A DNA stretch of 62,578 bases, counting the filler, from Choristocarpus tenellus KU-1152 (lineage: Eukaryota > Protista > Phaeophyceae), in the NCBI GenBank assembly GCA_964200185.2. It is 6 parts of 6 records of this genome, joined end to end, with 100 filler letters (N's around TTAATTAATTAA, not from the genome) between each part and the next. Parts side by side here need not be neighbours in the genome. Positions count along the whole stretch, not along the records: positions 1 to 15,072 come from CAXNAD020001067.1; positions 15,173 to 19,259 come from CAXNAD020016295.1; positions 19,360 to 22,233 come from CAXNAD020024026.1; positions 22,334 to 30,197 come from CAXNAD020005476.1; 2 more parts are not named here. One strand, 5' to 3'. The translations under genes and the position numbers were made by a program. The notes beneath the pieces were generated by a model. That model was not told the origin of the DNA. It did not search any database and worked only from the letters and a program-made list of their open reading frames with translations. This document shows positions 13,894 through 26,512 of this stretch, piece by piece; within the stretch, counting starts at the first letter, position 1; every line of letters begins with the position of its first letter.

Positions 13894-15072
13894 GACGAGT
13901 ATGATAACTTGGCAACCCTATCATAGCACGACACACCATACACAAGTTAATAATAACTGCACACACAACCCTTCCAAAAGGGGTGAGGCGTGAGGGTGTA
14001 GTATTTCTACACTAATACTGCTAATACCAACCTGATTCTCATTCATTGTATTATTGATAGTGTGTATATATAGTAAGTGTAATGGACTCTAATACTAGTT
14101 GTAGAAAAACAAGCCTGCCATGGAGTCAAAGAACTTCGTTTCTTCCAGTTTCATATACACAAAAGTTCCTGGAAGACACTTGGTGCTTCGTCGGTTCCCG
14201 TCTGCGTTTGTTAGGGTAGCATACACCAAAACTACCCATAGGATGGAACAAAAAGTCGATTACTTAGCGGTAAGGAAGCCGGGGGGTAAGGTGATATATC
14301 GATCGCCATATCACACATGTGGCTAGGAATATTCGCCCATCATAACGGGCCCTAGTGTCGCCTTGCCTTGGTCCACCTTCCCATGCCAAATATCTACGTT
14401 CGAATCCATCATTTGTAAACTTGATATCTGGCCACCAATAATAATAACTTATTCTATGGCCAGCCAGATACAGATATATTGCAAAAAATTTCGCGCAGTT
14501 CGGGTGTGTCGCCGAACTAAGGATGAAATGAGAAAACGGAGGACTGGTAAGGATGTACGTTGGGTAGTCAAAGGCAGTTAGGAACAATATCATGTTTGTG
14601 TTAGGACGTCGATGCCGATTCCTATCTGGATGGGTGTTCCCGCGACTCCTAATCGGTGCTATTGTTGAATGGTCCACTACCCTTCAACCGTGTAACACAC
14701 CATTTCCGCATTTCCTCCCTCTAATCGGAACAAGGGAAAATTACATAACAAGAACAAGGTCGCGATAAGTCCTCTCTCCCAGTGTAATTGCCTCAACTGA
14801 GTAACGAGAGGCACGGCCAACATCCGAGAATAGGTCACCTCGAGCGTCGAGCTCAAATCCATCTCAGGGCGCATTAAAAGTGGAGCGGAGGTATTTCTGG
14901 TGTCACCATGTGATCCCAAACGGCGCGAGGCATCGCTGTTCCACGAACTATTGCTGGATCTAGGAGGGGCCGAGACTCATAGTATCTGGGGGGGGGGGGG
15001 GGGGGGGGGTACCAAGGGGGGGTTCTTTGGGGGAAAAAGGAGGAAAGGGGCATTTTATTTTCCAACAAAATG

Positions 15073-15172
15073 NNNNNNNNNNNNNNNNNNNNNNNNNNNN
15101 NNNNNNNNNNNNNNNNTTAATTAATTAANNNNNNNNNNNNNNNNNNNNNNNNNNNNNNNNNNNNNNNNNNNN
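15073..15172. other. Artificial assembly linker N44-TTAATTAATTAA-N44
   Basis: Identical 100-bp blocks with a six-frame stop core occur at 15073-15172, 19260-19359, 22234-22333, 30198-30297 and 32899-32998. Confidence 0.95.
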
Positions 15173-16859
15173 CAAGTACAAACTTAGGAGTGAGGAGCAC
15201 CATCAAAGGTGGGGCTTCATCATCACCAGTCAAGACGTGAGAACAAAGTGGATCTTCCATTTGTGACATTCGGACAGAAAGTCTGTCCATGGAATCATGG
15301 ATTCTTAACTGGGAACCTTAATCAGTACCACGGTATAACAGTATATGGCATACGGCAATAACAGTATAATAACAAACATGCTTTCCACAGTAGTAGTGGT
15401 TATTATGGTGAATTGAGTGGGTACAATCGCAATGTATCACATATATATCACATCAATCGTATTCATATCTCATATTCATATCTCGTATTAATACTACTAT
15501 GATGTTGGAATAGTCGAATAAATATCATATATATTAGGGTGTTTGTGTGAGAGCCATCTTCCAAACAAAGAAGTTATACCCTGAGGGTAACCTATCTTGA
15601 ATGTGGAAGGTAACATCTGCTTGAAGTAAGAGCGGGTAGTTTGAGGGGACCTTGCAAAAACCCCCTCATTCATTTACCACTTGTTCACTCCTTTCCTGAG
15701 CGATCTTCTGAGTGATTACTCTCTTGACTTGTCTCTCTCCTTTTCCTTGCCTCCTGTGAGTCTTCCCGTTCCCCTTCATTACGAAGAACCTGTCGGCATG
15801 TTTCCATCTGTTTCAAATTTTCCCAAAATGAATTCATTGTGTTTTGTCCAACAATAAGAAAACCCACTACGAAAATCAGTACAGTCCGGTAACTATATAA
15901 GAGGTAGGGGCAAGCAAATTACCCCTCTCTTATATCCCAATCCTCTCTTATTTTATATAAGAGCGCTTTTCTCTTAAACTGAGGGATCGTGATGAGAGAA
16001 ACCTATATTATATCGAGCAAAAGTGGTCGTAGGCACTTTATACTTGTCCCCGAACGACGACAGAGCGACGCCCTTGCTGTAATGTGCTTCCCGTATGCCT
16101 TCAAGGTTAGTTACATGTAGATATGTATTGAACATTGCCCCCTCGGTGAGCCCATTTCAATGGAGCTGTGGTGATGCAGGAAGCACCACATCTACACCAC
16201 CCTCCACAGTATACCAGTGTCATACGTATACCATACTGTAATTTGGGTAAAATTACACTCATTACGATGTATTCACTCAGATGCATAGTACACCTTCCCA
16301 AGAAAAGCATCCACAAGCCATTGGATGATTGGACAGACAACTCGCAGTTCAAATCAAATCAACATTCAAAGTCAATCTCCCTCCAATGCCCTGCCCTACG
16401 TATTCAATTGCACTCTACAAGGATATTATACAGTACAGTATCAAAAACACCACCACTGTGGATGAAATGCAGCTGCACCGCCATGCACCTCCCATTGTAC
16501 ACACTGAGTAAAACAACTTATTCACTAAAAAAAAAAACACAACCTACAAAAAATCTCAAATATCCGCTTGTTTGATTGCCCTTGCCCCAATTGCGTTGAC
16601 CCAGGCCAGCTTTGCTTTCCGGACATGGTACCAAACATGGTTCATGCTGCACTTTTTGACGGTTGTTTCTTAGCTTGCAAACTCGCCAGCTACTTGAGAG
16701 TACAGCGGTGGAGGGGAATCGAGAACACGGAAGAAGTTGTTCCTTTCCTCACAGCCCCCAATGTGCTGCCCCCTTCCATAATCCAATCGTCATCTTCATC
16801 ACCTGAGCTTTCACTATCTACCTGGTACAAGGATTCCTCGAGCAGCTGTTCTTTCATTC

Positions 16860-17118
16860 GAGTCAAAGTATCTTCGAGGGTATGGCCGCGTCCATTTGGG
16901 TTCAAAATCCAATGTTGAGATTTTGATGTAATTTTGGCTATGTGTGATTGTTAGGAAGTGTCAGTATCCTTGTCCCGGACGCACCTTTTCGTAACATATA
17001 TATTTTACCTACTCCAAAACATTTTGGAGTAGGAAAATGTCATAAAAAACGCTGAGGGAAGCCAAGCTCCAAATGGACAAACAGGGCAAAACTCGTACCC
17101 TCTGAGATACTTTCACTC
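16860..17118 (+). mobile_element. MITE family A, inserted in the pogo-like element
   Basis: Full-length copy; flanks ATTC/ATGC (4-bp TSD with one mismatch). Confidence 0.85.
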
Positions 17119-17610
17119 ATGCCCTCTAATATTGCATTGACCACTTCATTGTTGTCTTTCACAACAATCCACGCTCTTGCTGCGTAGATGGAAGCCTGAG
17201 ACGGCTTTCCGCCGGATTTGAGGTGCAGAGTGTCAAGAGCATTAGTGAGATCCTCATTAATATGTAGGGACACCTTTGTGGGACGCTACCTCTACGGAAA
17301 AAAATGGCCACCCGTCATACTACAGTACACAGTACAGACATTAAAGTATGACAGAAACGAGCGCAAAATTTCAAAAATTAAATCACGATCTTCATCGGCA
17401 GGCAGTCATAAAGACAATTTAATCATGATCACAATCAACCTACTTTCAGAATTTTAATACACACGCTGACGCACCTCGATATGTTTGGCGCCCCTCGTAG
17501 ACTTGTCCTCAGGCTTTAGCGTCTGTGCTTTCTCCATGATGGTTCTTGCCTCCTTCTTCAACTTGTAGAGGGTGATGTGACAGATTCCAAACTTTTGAGC
17601 AACCGCAGTT

Positions 17611-17793
17611 GGCTCAAAGTATCTGGGGGGGCGGGGGCGGCTATCCATTTGGGGTCAATTTTTTCAAGTCGCGATTTTTGGGTGATTTGACTGCATACGT
17701 CGGATGGATAATGTAAATGCGCTTTTCCTGATTTTGGTCGAAATAGACACCCTGGCGTAGACCACCCCCCCCCCACCTCAGATACTTTGGGTC
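17611..17793. mobile_element. MITE family B (poly-G/poly-C subterminal)
   Basis: GGCTCAAAGTATCTGGGGG...CCCC.CCTCAGATACTTTGGGTC with a perfect AGTT TSD; it interrupts the pogo HTH frame. Confidence 0.8.
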
Positions 17794-20047
17794 AGTTACC
17801 GTCATGATCTTCAGAAGTTTCAATGCTTCCACCTTCTCTGCAAAGCCCAAGCGTTTACAATTGTCGGGACCGCGAGGCTTGTAAGACCCAACTTTCTCCG
17901 TATGCTTATTTGGGAGCACCTTCCCCTTGCCCTTGTTCTTGTTATCATGGCACTTCAATGTCGTGTTGTCACCGGCTGGAGGACTCGAAGCCTTGCGCTT
18001 GGCGGGGCTAACACACCATTTACACATGCGTTTCATTTTGCTGGCCCCAAAAGGATCAGCGACACCGCAAATGCCATGAAGATAGCCGCTACAATGCCAC
18101 ACTTACGGCATGTATAGTGTGGTGGACCAGGAGTATTACCCTGCATGTTGGAGCTGGTTCCCGCTGCACAGGGCATCGTTGTATCTGTACAATGCAGTGA
18201 TCTAACCCTTGATCTGATATACTGCATGTACTCTACCGTGCACTACTGAGAGACAAAAGACTGCTATGTTGTGTACTGCTGGTCTTGAGCAGGTTTGTGC
18301 CTTTGTCATATTTTGCTAGTTTGCTCGGTATAAGAGAGAATTAAGAGGAAAATGCCGAAACCTCTCTTATAGACTCAAAGTCAAGACAAGGCCATTTACA
18401 CTCTCTTATATCTCGTTTTCTCTAATATCGACCTCTGTTATATAGGTACACTGTATGCGCAATGAAACTCACTATCAAAAAGAAAAAATGCAAAAAGCAA
18501 GAAAAGCCACCCGAAGGTGACGGGCAAATTCAAGCCATCTTCAACACGGTTAGTGGGCGCCCCATGACAAAAGAGCAGTCTGCCATAGCCCTTATTAGCT
18601 TCCGCCTATTTCGACCCTTCTCTGGATATTAATCAGTGGATTGAGCAATGGAGGTAGGTCTTTGCCCGAATGGTGTCGACATCTATTGCTCATCCTGTCT
18701 GTGACTAAAGTAAGTGGGGATCAAACCACAGACTGGGGAATTGATTTTACTGGTCGAAAGGATTTTGATGCAATGTTTTTTGGAATGAACGAGGTGTGTA
18801 TTTCAGAGGAACTGAAGCAAGTTGTTTGTTTTTGGCAGCACAGACAGCGGTCGAGGAGTTCTGGGTTAAAACAGGTTGAAGGATCGGTGCGAAGGTTGCC
18901 AGTACAATGTTGACAACCTCTTGGTGTGGCAGCGAAGTTTGGCTTGATACCTCATCGTGGATGGACGCCCTGTTCTGGCGAGGTAGTTCTATTCCCTGCC
19001 TAACGATGGGGTCTCGGTTGAGGCAGCGAAAGGGTGTGACAAGCTAGCAAACATAGCACGCACATCTGCCATGGTACTCAAACCATTGCGAGTCTTGTCC
19101 TCGTATAATGCAGCTTTTGTAGCATTTTTGTACGATAAAACAAATGCATATTGGTCGCTTCGATTGGATAATTCCTCTATGAGATCATCAAACCTTTGAG
19201 TATTGCCCCGAGGGTCTTACCAACGCCATAATTCTTTTCACTAAATATAGTGGTACAAGNNNNNNNNNNNNNNNNNNNNNNNNNNNNNNNNNNNNNNNNN
19301 NNNTTAATTAATTAANNNNNNNNNNNNNNNNNNNNNNNNNNNNNNNNNNNNNNNNNNNNAGTAAGAGGTTCTGATAACTCAACCACTAATTGATTGTTCC
19401 ACTACTCCATACATATTTTACCGCAACTGCCCGATAGAGTTGCAAGAGTCTAATCGAACAAGTCACCCTCTATTTCGCCAGTCCGAAACATGCCTCGACA
19501 GACATGTTATGATGGAGAGATCGGACGTTCTCTAATTCAACGGACTTGTGTTATCGGATGTTCTCTAAACCAATGGACTTGTGCATTTGGTACATTGAAT
19601 TTATTATCCTCCCGAAGAGTTAGTCTTGATATGTGTTCTCATACGCATGTTCTTATTGGGCCGGTGGCAACCTAGATTTCATCTTCATTTACAACGTTAT
19701 GCCACCATCCTCTAATACCTTTATTACCATGCCCCAATCCTTTTTCCTCCCCTCTCTTTGCGTTGATGATCGGACCACAGAGCAATTGGCAGAAACCTTA
19801 CCAGAAATACGTTGATGCACAAGCATCTCGTACTCCACACCACCATCTTCAGCACAAGTCGAGATTTCCACTGCAGATGATCTCTCTTCCACACCCAAAC
19901 CAAGCTGTGGCAACCATCCAGGCTCCAAGTATTGAACCCAACGGCAACTACCCTGAGCCATAATAACATAGTCTACACCCACTCAAGCGCCAAGCGTAGA
20001 TCCTAAATGCAATTTTGTCCAAAATACATCATACGAGGACGGTGACT

Positions 20048-20189
20048 GGGTCAAAGTACCTTGGGGGTGGTGGTTTGTGAGGGGGCATCCCTTTCGGTCC
20101 GGACGAATTGCTGTGATTTTTGAGCACTTTGTCCGGACCGAAGCGGACGCCCCCTCACAAACCACTCCCCCCCCCAGGTACTTTGACCC
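20048..20189. mobile_element. MITE family B-related, 142-bp foldback element
   Basis: Inverted arms of ~60 bp: GGGTCAAAGTACCT.GGGGG.GGTGGTTTGTGAGGGGGC...TTCGGTCCGGAC / GTCCGGACCGAA...GCCCCCTCACAAACCAC.CCCCCCCAGGTACTTTGACCC. Half-copies occur at ~14975, 21802-21822, 22355-22407 and 33000-33033. Confidence 0.8.
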
Positions 20190-21532
20190 AGCATATCGTC
20201 CTCATCGCACCATGTTGGGGAAAACCATCCTTGTCCTGTTTTCCCTTCATTGTTATGGGGTGCTTTGGTGATCTCAGGGTAACACCGTTTGGGAATCTAT
20301 ACTTTACAACACTATCTCGAGTTACCCTCCGTCAAAAACACATTCGAAACTTGCCCTAACCTTTCGACCAAAGGAGGGTACTTCCGTCTTGGTTTTAATG
20401 ATAGAAGACTGTTCCGCTTGTCTCATGCTAATATTCCTCATGAACATTCACACTTTGAGCAAACTTCAATTGCTGTGGCATCGTAGTTCTGGAACACCCA
20501 TCCTTTGCACCAAACTGTCACATCCTTACATGCCTGCAAGTTTTATGTACATCCAAAATTAGGCGTGCGTCCGCCAACAGGTCGTTTCCGTAATGTTTTC
20601 ACAACTTTTCCATAATGGATTTCACCGTAGTGTCATCGGTCAAGGAATGGGTGACTTTATGCCAAAACAAAAGTGATTTAATTACACTAAATGATGACTC
20701 TCTATTTTCCATACTTCCCAAGCCCACAGACACTTGCTTACGACCAGGCACATATAGTACATTGTTGATGCTACTCTTGTAACCAAATCGAACGAAATCC
20801 GTGACATGGCCAACCCCTCACCCACATGGACAGTCGTCAACCCAACCCACTAACCCCAACACTACCTTCATGTTGACATGTTCCAAGAAAATACCCAAGT
20901 TCCTGAAGGAACCTATCCCTATCCCTTTCCACCTCCAGCATATTCCTCACTTACACCAACCAAATCCCCCTGCATACCAGACTATCGACCAAAGCCTACG
21001 TTAAGAAGTTCTTGATGACGTACCTGACCATACTTAAATCAATTACACATTTTGGTCGCTTCATTTAATAAGTCCAAAAAAGAAATTACAATACTCATCA
21101 TTGTACATAAAAAAATAAATAAAATAATCGTTTAACTCGAACTTAGCTGACTAACCCTAACCCTAACCCCAAACCCCATTAGTCATGCTTCTTCACAATG
21201 GATGTAGACATTTGTTCACCTCACGACGAAGCACAAACAACCGGTTAACCCTAAACAATGACAATTTTTTTCATACTTCATGAGCAAAAACACGAGAACA
21301 TGGGCACTTCACCATATACCTAAACAAATCCCCAACCATTCTCTTCTTTAATTAACGTCCAAATTCAAAAATCTTCAAAGTAGTGGCAGCATATTTTGCT
21401 GAACTTACCCTAACACGACTATAACTAAGTGTAATCCGCACACATATCTACGAAATACACCTTCCACCCCCCACGTATAAGCAAGTTACCCAAAAATCGC
21501 GATATGGTAAAGTGGACCCCAAATGGACACCT

Positions 21533-21790
21533 GAATCAAATTATCTTAGAGGGTAGAGCCGCGTCCATTTGGAGGCCAAAATCCAATGTTGCGATTTTGA
21601 TGTAATTTTGACTCTCCTGTTTGTTAGGAAGTGTCAATATCCTTGTTTCGGACAACCTTTTTCATAACGTATACATTTTACCTGCTCCAAACCATTTTGA
21701 AGTATGGAAAATGTAAAAAAAAACAGTAGGAAGCCAAGCCCCAAATGGACAAACAGGGCAAACCTCGTACCCTCTAAGATACTTTCACTC
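21533..21790 (+). mobile_element. MITE family A
   Basis: Full-length copy with a perfect 4-bp TSD, ACCT. Confidence 0.85.
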
Positions 21791-22449
21791 ACCTGCCTCC
21801 TGCCCCCCAGATACTTTGACCCTCAAACCAGCAAAGTCGAGAAAGTGTTTTCTGTTCTGACTGGTCAGAACCAATCACGTTGAAGATTGATCCACACGGC
21901 ACTCTGAGGTTGTCAACATACACTCAGCATGCCTCAGTCTCATCTTTCACTTCCTTTCTGAACCTCATCTCTGGTGGTTCTCATAATCCCCCATAACACA
22001 GAACCAGACCCCATTACATATATATATGTATCTTTAAAGTTAACAATGAGGGGAATGTAGCATATTATTCATATATATCTTTCAATTGAATACATCGATT
22101 TCCACTCCTTGTGCAACTCGAACTGTTGGAGACGTTCCTGCGGTACCATCGCATCTGATTAACCCCACTATTTTGACCTGAATCTCCCCCCCCCCCACCC
22201 CTTTCATTGACTTGAACTGATTATCCCACTTCANNNNNNNNNNNNNNNNNNNNNNNNNNNNNNNNNNNNNNNNNNNNTTAATTAATTAANNNNNNNNNNN
22301 NNNNNNNNNNNNNNNNNNNNNNNNNNNNNNNNNACCAAAAAAAAAGGTTGTTTGACCGAAACGGACGCCCCCTCACAAACCACCCCCCCCCCCAGATACT
22401 TTGACCCACCTACCGACCTCTACTGATTTGATTTCGGCATTCTGTAGTA

Positions 22450-22706
22450 GAGTCAAACCGCTTGAGAGGTAGGCAGGTTTGGACCCTTTTGCATTATAAA
22501 TCATCTCTCTTACCCTGTGCAGTACACTCTACTCGATTGCTTGATGTGCACAATAGTGTACACAAATTAGCATTCCCCCTTTCCACACATAAAGCGATGT
22601 CACAATTCAGCCAGGCTATTTGTTAAATTGTTCAAAATGGGATCCTTTTGAGCTCTCTCGGAATCGTTAAAATGCAAGTATGTCTACCTTTCAGTTGGTT
22701 AGACCC
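22450..22706. mobile_element. MITE family C (~257 bp)
   Basis: Termini GAGTCAAACC..TGAGAGGTAGGCAGGTTTG / CTACCTTTCAGTTGGTTAGACCC with a perfect AGTA TSD; homologous to 31702-31960. Confidence 0.75.
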
Positions 22707-22992
22707 AGTAGCACGTCAAAAATGCGCGTGTAAATACAACAAAGGCTGAAGAACCTGTCCTTGCATACTATAAAAATATATAGCTATTTTCTTCTCTGCA
22801 AAAAACACATATTTCGAAGTATCATATCTGTAGAAGGCGCGTATGCATACAAAAAATCCAACAGTAATCCATCCCTCTCCAACAAGGTCGTCAATGCAAT
22901 ACATGAAAGGCTCACTCCACAACAATTGTGGCATTCCATGCTAAAGCACAATCGGAGGTTGGCTCAGCATTCTATCGAGACAAAGGCCTACA

Positions 22993-23177
22993 GAGTCAAA
23001 GTATCTCAGACGGTAGAGCCATGTCCGTTTGGGGACCAAAATGCAATTTTGCGATTTTGATGTAATGTTGGCTTTCGTGTTTGTTAGGAAGTGTCAATAT
23101 CCATGTTCCGGACACAACTTAACCCTAATCCCAACGGACAAACAGGGCAAAACTCGTACCCTCTAAGATACTCACTT
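22993..23177 (+). mobile_element. MITE family A, internally deleted
   Basis: Both ends are present; about 90 bp of the middle is replaced by acttaaccctaatccc. Confidence 0.8.
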
Positions 23178-23294
23178 CTGGACATCGGTTTGACAGAGTC
23201 TCAGTCATCTTGTCGCCTGGTCAACCCATCCACCAGCAATGGTGTCACTACTGCAGCAGCCAAGGTGCGAAAACGCACCCACTATGAGGGATCT

Positions 23295-23550
23295 GGGTGA
23301 AAGTATTTTAGAGGGTACGAGTTTTGCGTTGTTTGTCCATTTGGGGCTTGGCTTCCCATGTTTTTTTTCTATGACATTTTCCTACTCCAAAACATTTTGG
23401 AGTAGGAAAAATATATACGTTATGAAAAGGTGTGTCCGGAACAAGAATATTCACACTTCCTAACACGATAGCCAAAATTACATCAAAATCGCAATGTTAG
23501 ATTTTGGTTCCCAAATGGACACGGTCCTACTCTCTAAGATACTTTGACTG
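23295..23550 (-). mobile_element. MITE family A
   Basis: Full-length reverse-orientation copy. Confidence 0.85.
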
Positions 23551-24293
23551 TCTTTTGACTCTCCTCATAGTGCTCGTCTCAACATGTTCCTCATAGTGGA
23601 ACTTTTGGGGGCCTTAGTAATCAGAGAGTTTATTGGATGAGGTAGCCACATGTGCAGAATAGGGTGACAGGAGCTAGGGATACAGTACATTAGGAACGTT
23701 CGACACAGATATTATTCACAACAGTATTGACAACTGCACATATGTATATCATGTAGTAGCTCTCTCGAGGTATGACATGCCCTTCAAGGTTGAGTCACTG
23801 CAAGAAGGGGCCTCACGGATCCTTGGGATTCTTCCCTAGCTTCTTGACTGTCTTCGTAGGGCTAGGCTCGGAGGATGGAAGTTTCTGGTGATTGTTGTTT
23901 TCTATATGTGGTGATTCTTCTTTTTCATATTCTACTATTGTTGCTATTGTGTTGTCTTATTTACTTCATATTTCTTCTTTCTCGTATATGACAACCTCTG
24001 CAGTACCTAAACATCAGGCGACGGCTACTTTGACATTTGACTCTCTGCGAGTAAGCTGTTGCCTTTCCGAAGTCCTTGACCGCTATTTTGATGTATCAGA
24101 GTTATGGGTATGATAAATTTTTCAATGGCGTTGGTTAATTACCAATACACCCTGAAAACAACAGGAAAGCATAGTCGCCTTGTGACTCTGGAGCTTACAG
24201 GTTTATAACAGTTTGTAGGTGTATGGTGTTGGTCTGGATGTTTGATTTGGTTGGGTGGGTTGCATTACAGAATCAATGTAGAAAGTAAAACAT

Positions 24294-26512
24294 CAGGGTT
24301 GTTCACCAGGCCAGGCAGATACCATATCTACTGTCGGCCATACATACGGCCAGCCATGTTGAAACGGTCAACAGCCGTGAACTCAGTCGTCATGATCGAA
24401 CTTGGTTCTACATATGGCTGGCCAGATTCCCTGGTTACGTTGGGTAGGGATGGTCATAGACTCGCCCATGCTCCAACTCGATTGTGCATGGACGGCTGGC
24501 GGCCCAGGGCATGTTGAGTAAGTGGGGACCATGGATTAGGCCGTGTTAAAACGTCTCGTCTATGGCCAGTCAGATAATATTTTCTGCCCACTCAGACCAA
24601 CCCACGTCATGGCTATACCTCCCTCTTTACTTTTCTCTCTACTTGTATCTTGTGACCTACACTTCTGTAGTACATACTGTTTTAGACTATCAAAAATTAT
24701 GGCTCCTCACATTCTGTTACAAGTGATGTGTCTTGACGACGGTTTCATAAACACCACTATGACCTTGAAGTCCTAGATTTTATATATTTGTACTTCTTGA
24801 TACTCAACATTTAGTTATTATCATTCCCCCATTTGGTGTATCATTGCCAGATCCTTTTATGATATCAATACTTCATACTGCTACTGTGATTTTGCATCCA
24901 TTTTCACTTGTGTCGATGTTTGTTAGGAGGGAGAGTCTTGCTTGACACTCCCTATTTTTCAGTTATTTTGAGAGTCTTTTTTTATGTGTACGTTCTTAGT
25001 TCGTAGGGAGGGCAAGCCTTCTATGGCAGCACCCTGCCTATGTGACTGCAAGGCATTGTGTTGGTGTCCTATAGTTGTCCGTGTTTATAGTTCTGAAGGG
25101 GGAGAGTCTATGGCCGTACCCTAATTAAGTGCTATTGTGATTTTGTGCCTGTATTCATTTGTGTTGATAGTTGTGAAGAGGGAAAGACTTGCTGAGACAC
25201 TCCATATTTTTTATTTTATTGTAAGGCATTAATATTTTGTTATGTTCATAGTTCTTAGGGAGATTAGACCTTTCCATGGCAGTACCCAATCTCTTTTGTG
25301 ATTATGAGACATTGTGATGGTGTCCTGTAGTTGCTGTGATTTAGTTCTGAAGGGGGAGAGTCTATGGCAGTACCCAAGTTCAGTGCTATGTTTTTGTGTC
25401 TGTATTTGTGTTAATAAGCTTAGAAGGGGTGGGGTCTTTTTAGACAGTACCCTACTTTCGATGTGTGTGTGAGACTCTGGTGTAGAAGGTTTTCTTTTGA
25501 ACATTGAGTCAAATGCAGAGTGAGTACCGTGAGGTGCGAGTGTCGCGCTAAAATATCTGTTGTCAGGGCAAACGTTGGAAGGGGGGGGTTCCTGTAGGTT
25601 TCCTCCTCCGCTGGATCCCCAACGCTGCTTACTTATATGTTAGGACCTGGAAGTGGCATTCATTTCATTTATGCTACGTTCATGAAAGGATAAAGAGTGA
25701 CATTATATATTCCTTGTCCGATGGCCTGTTCATCGCATTGAAGCAGTTATGCTTCATGCTAGAGGGGCATCTTATCGGCAATATGTCTTGATGGCGGTTT
25801 CGTAAACACCATTATGACCTTGAAGTCCTAGGTTTGATATATTTGTACTTTGGGATATTTATTTGTTTATTACTTATTATCATGCCCCCAAGTGGTACAT
25901 CGTTGCCAGTTCCTTTTATGATATTGATACCTTATGAAGGAAATAATCCAAGTGAGCGATCCAGCATGTTTGACGACTTGTGCATCAAGAGTCCTGTACG
26001 TGCATCAGCGCCATCTGTAGGCTTGTCGACTGGAGCTATACATCCCGTGGGGGTAGACTTTGGAGCGTGCTGTAACATTTCTCACTGCGCATACATATGT
26101 ATATCTTTGTCGTGATTTTGAACCAAAAAAGTCTAGAGATAAATGTAAAGAGTATTATCCGTATACACATGCTAGAGGACAATTTGGCCTTTCGACCTGT
26201 ACACATTTTTAATTCTTCGTATATAGTGATCAAAAGAACCCAACAGTTGGACTACTGCAACAAGTAGTGGATATGGTCCGTAAATACTAGAAAAAGTTGT
26301 CTGTTTGCCAACCATGGCCCAGACATGCAAGAAAAAAAGTAGACTGGCCAACCGGCAGGCATGGACTGGTAAGATACCCAGTGGATATGTTCCGGACACG
26401 GTAGATAATGTTTAACTCGGTCTGGGTGGCGGACATGAACCGGTTCAACACCTAGTGGACATGGACCTGGACATGTTAAATAATTGTAGGACCAGTCTGG
26501 CCGGTTGACCCC
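24294..26512 (+). mobile_element. Internally deleted, non-autonomous copy of the same hAT-like family
   Basis: It begins CAGGGTTGTT. 24294-24660 aligns by eye with the reverse complement of 49450-49781, and 26075-26510 aligns with the reverse complement of 44620-45120. Confidence 0.6.
24729..25934 (+). repeat. Pair of ~145-bp direct repeats (24729-24875, 25784-25934) enclosing degenerate ~250-bp tandem units
   Basis: tgtcttga.g.cggtttc.taaacacca.tatgaccttgaagtcctag.ttt.atatatttgtactt... occurs twice. The internal segment agttctgaagggggagagtctatggc occurs at ~25090 and ~25345. Confidence 0.7.

Larger units (their letters stand above)
15882..18453 (-). mobile_element. Decayed pogo/Tigger-type (Tc1/mariner superfamily) DNA transposon
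   Basis: TA-flanked degenerate TIRs (TA|CAGT..ctatataa.gaggt and acctctgttatataggtacactg|TA) with subterminal ctctcttata repeats at both ends. Removing the 17611-17793 insert restores an HTH reading KRLGFAEKVEALKLLKIMTVTAVAQKFGICHITLYKLKKE. An acidic stretch and a degenerate KQADI.DF tail lie near 16550-16860. No DDE core was seen. Confidence 0.65.

Noticed and set aside
14100-14975. Minus-strand ORFs 14264-14677 and 14677-14919 as a gene
   Set aside because: No recognisable domain or coherent splice model; possibly TE debris.
15117-15128. Recurrent TTAATTAATTAA palindrome as a biological motif
   Set aside because: It is always centred in exactly 44+44 Ns, so it is a scaffolding linker with stops in all six frames.
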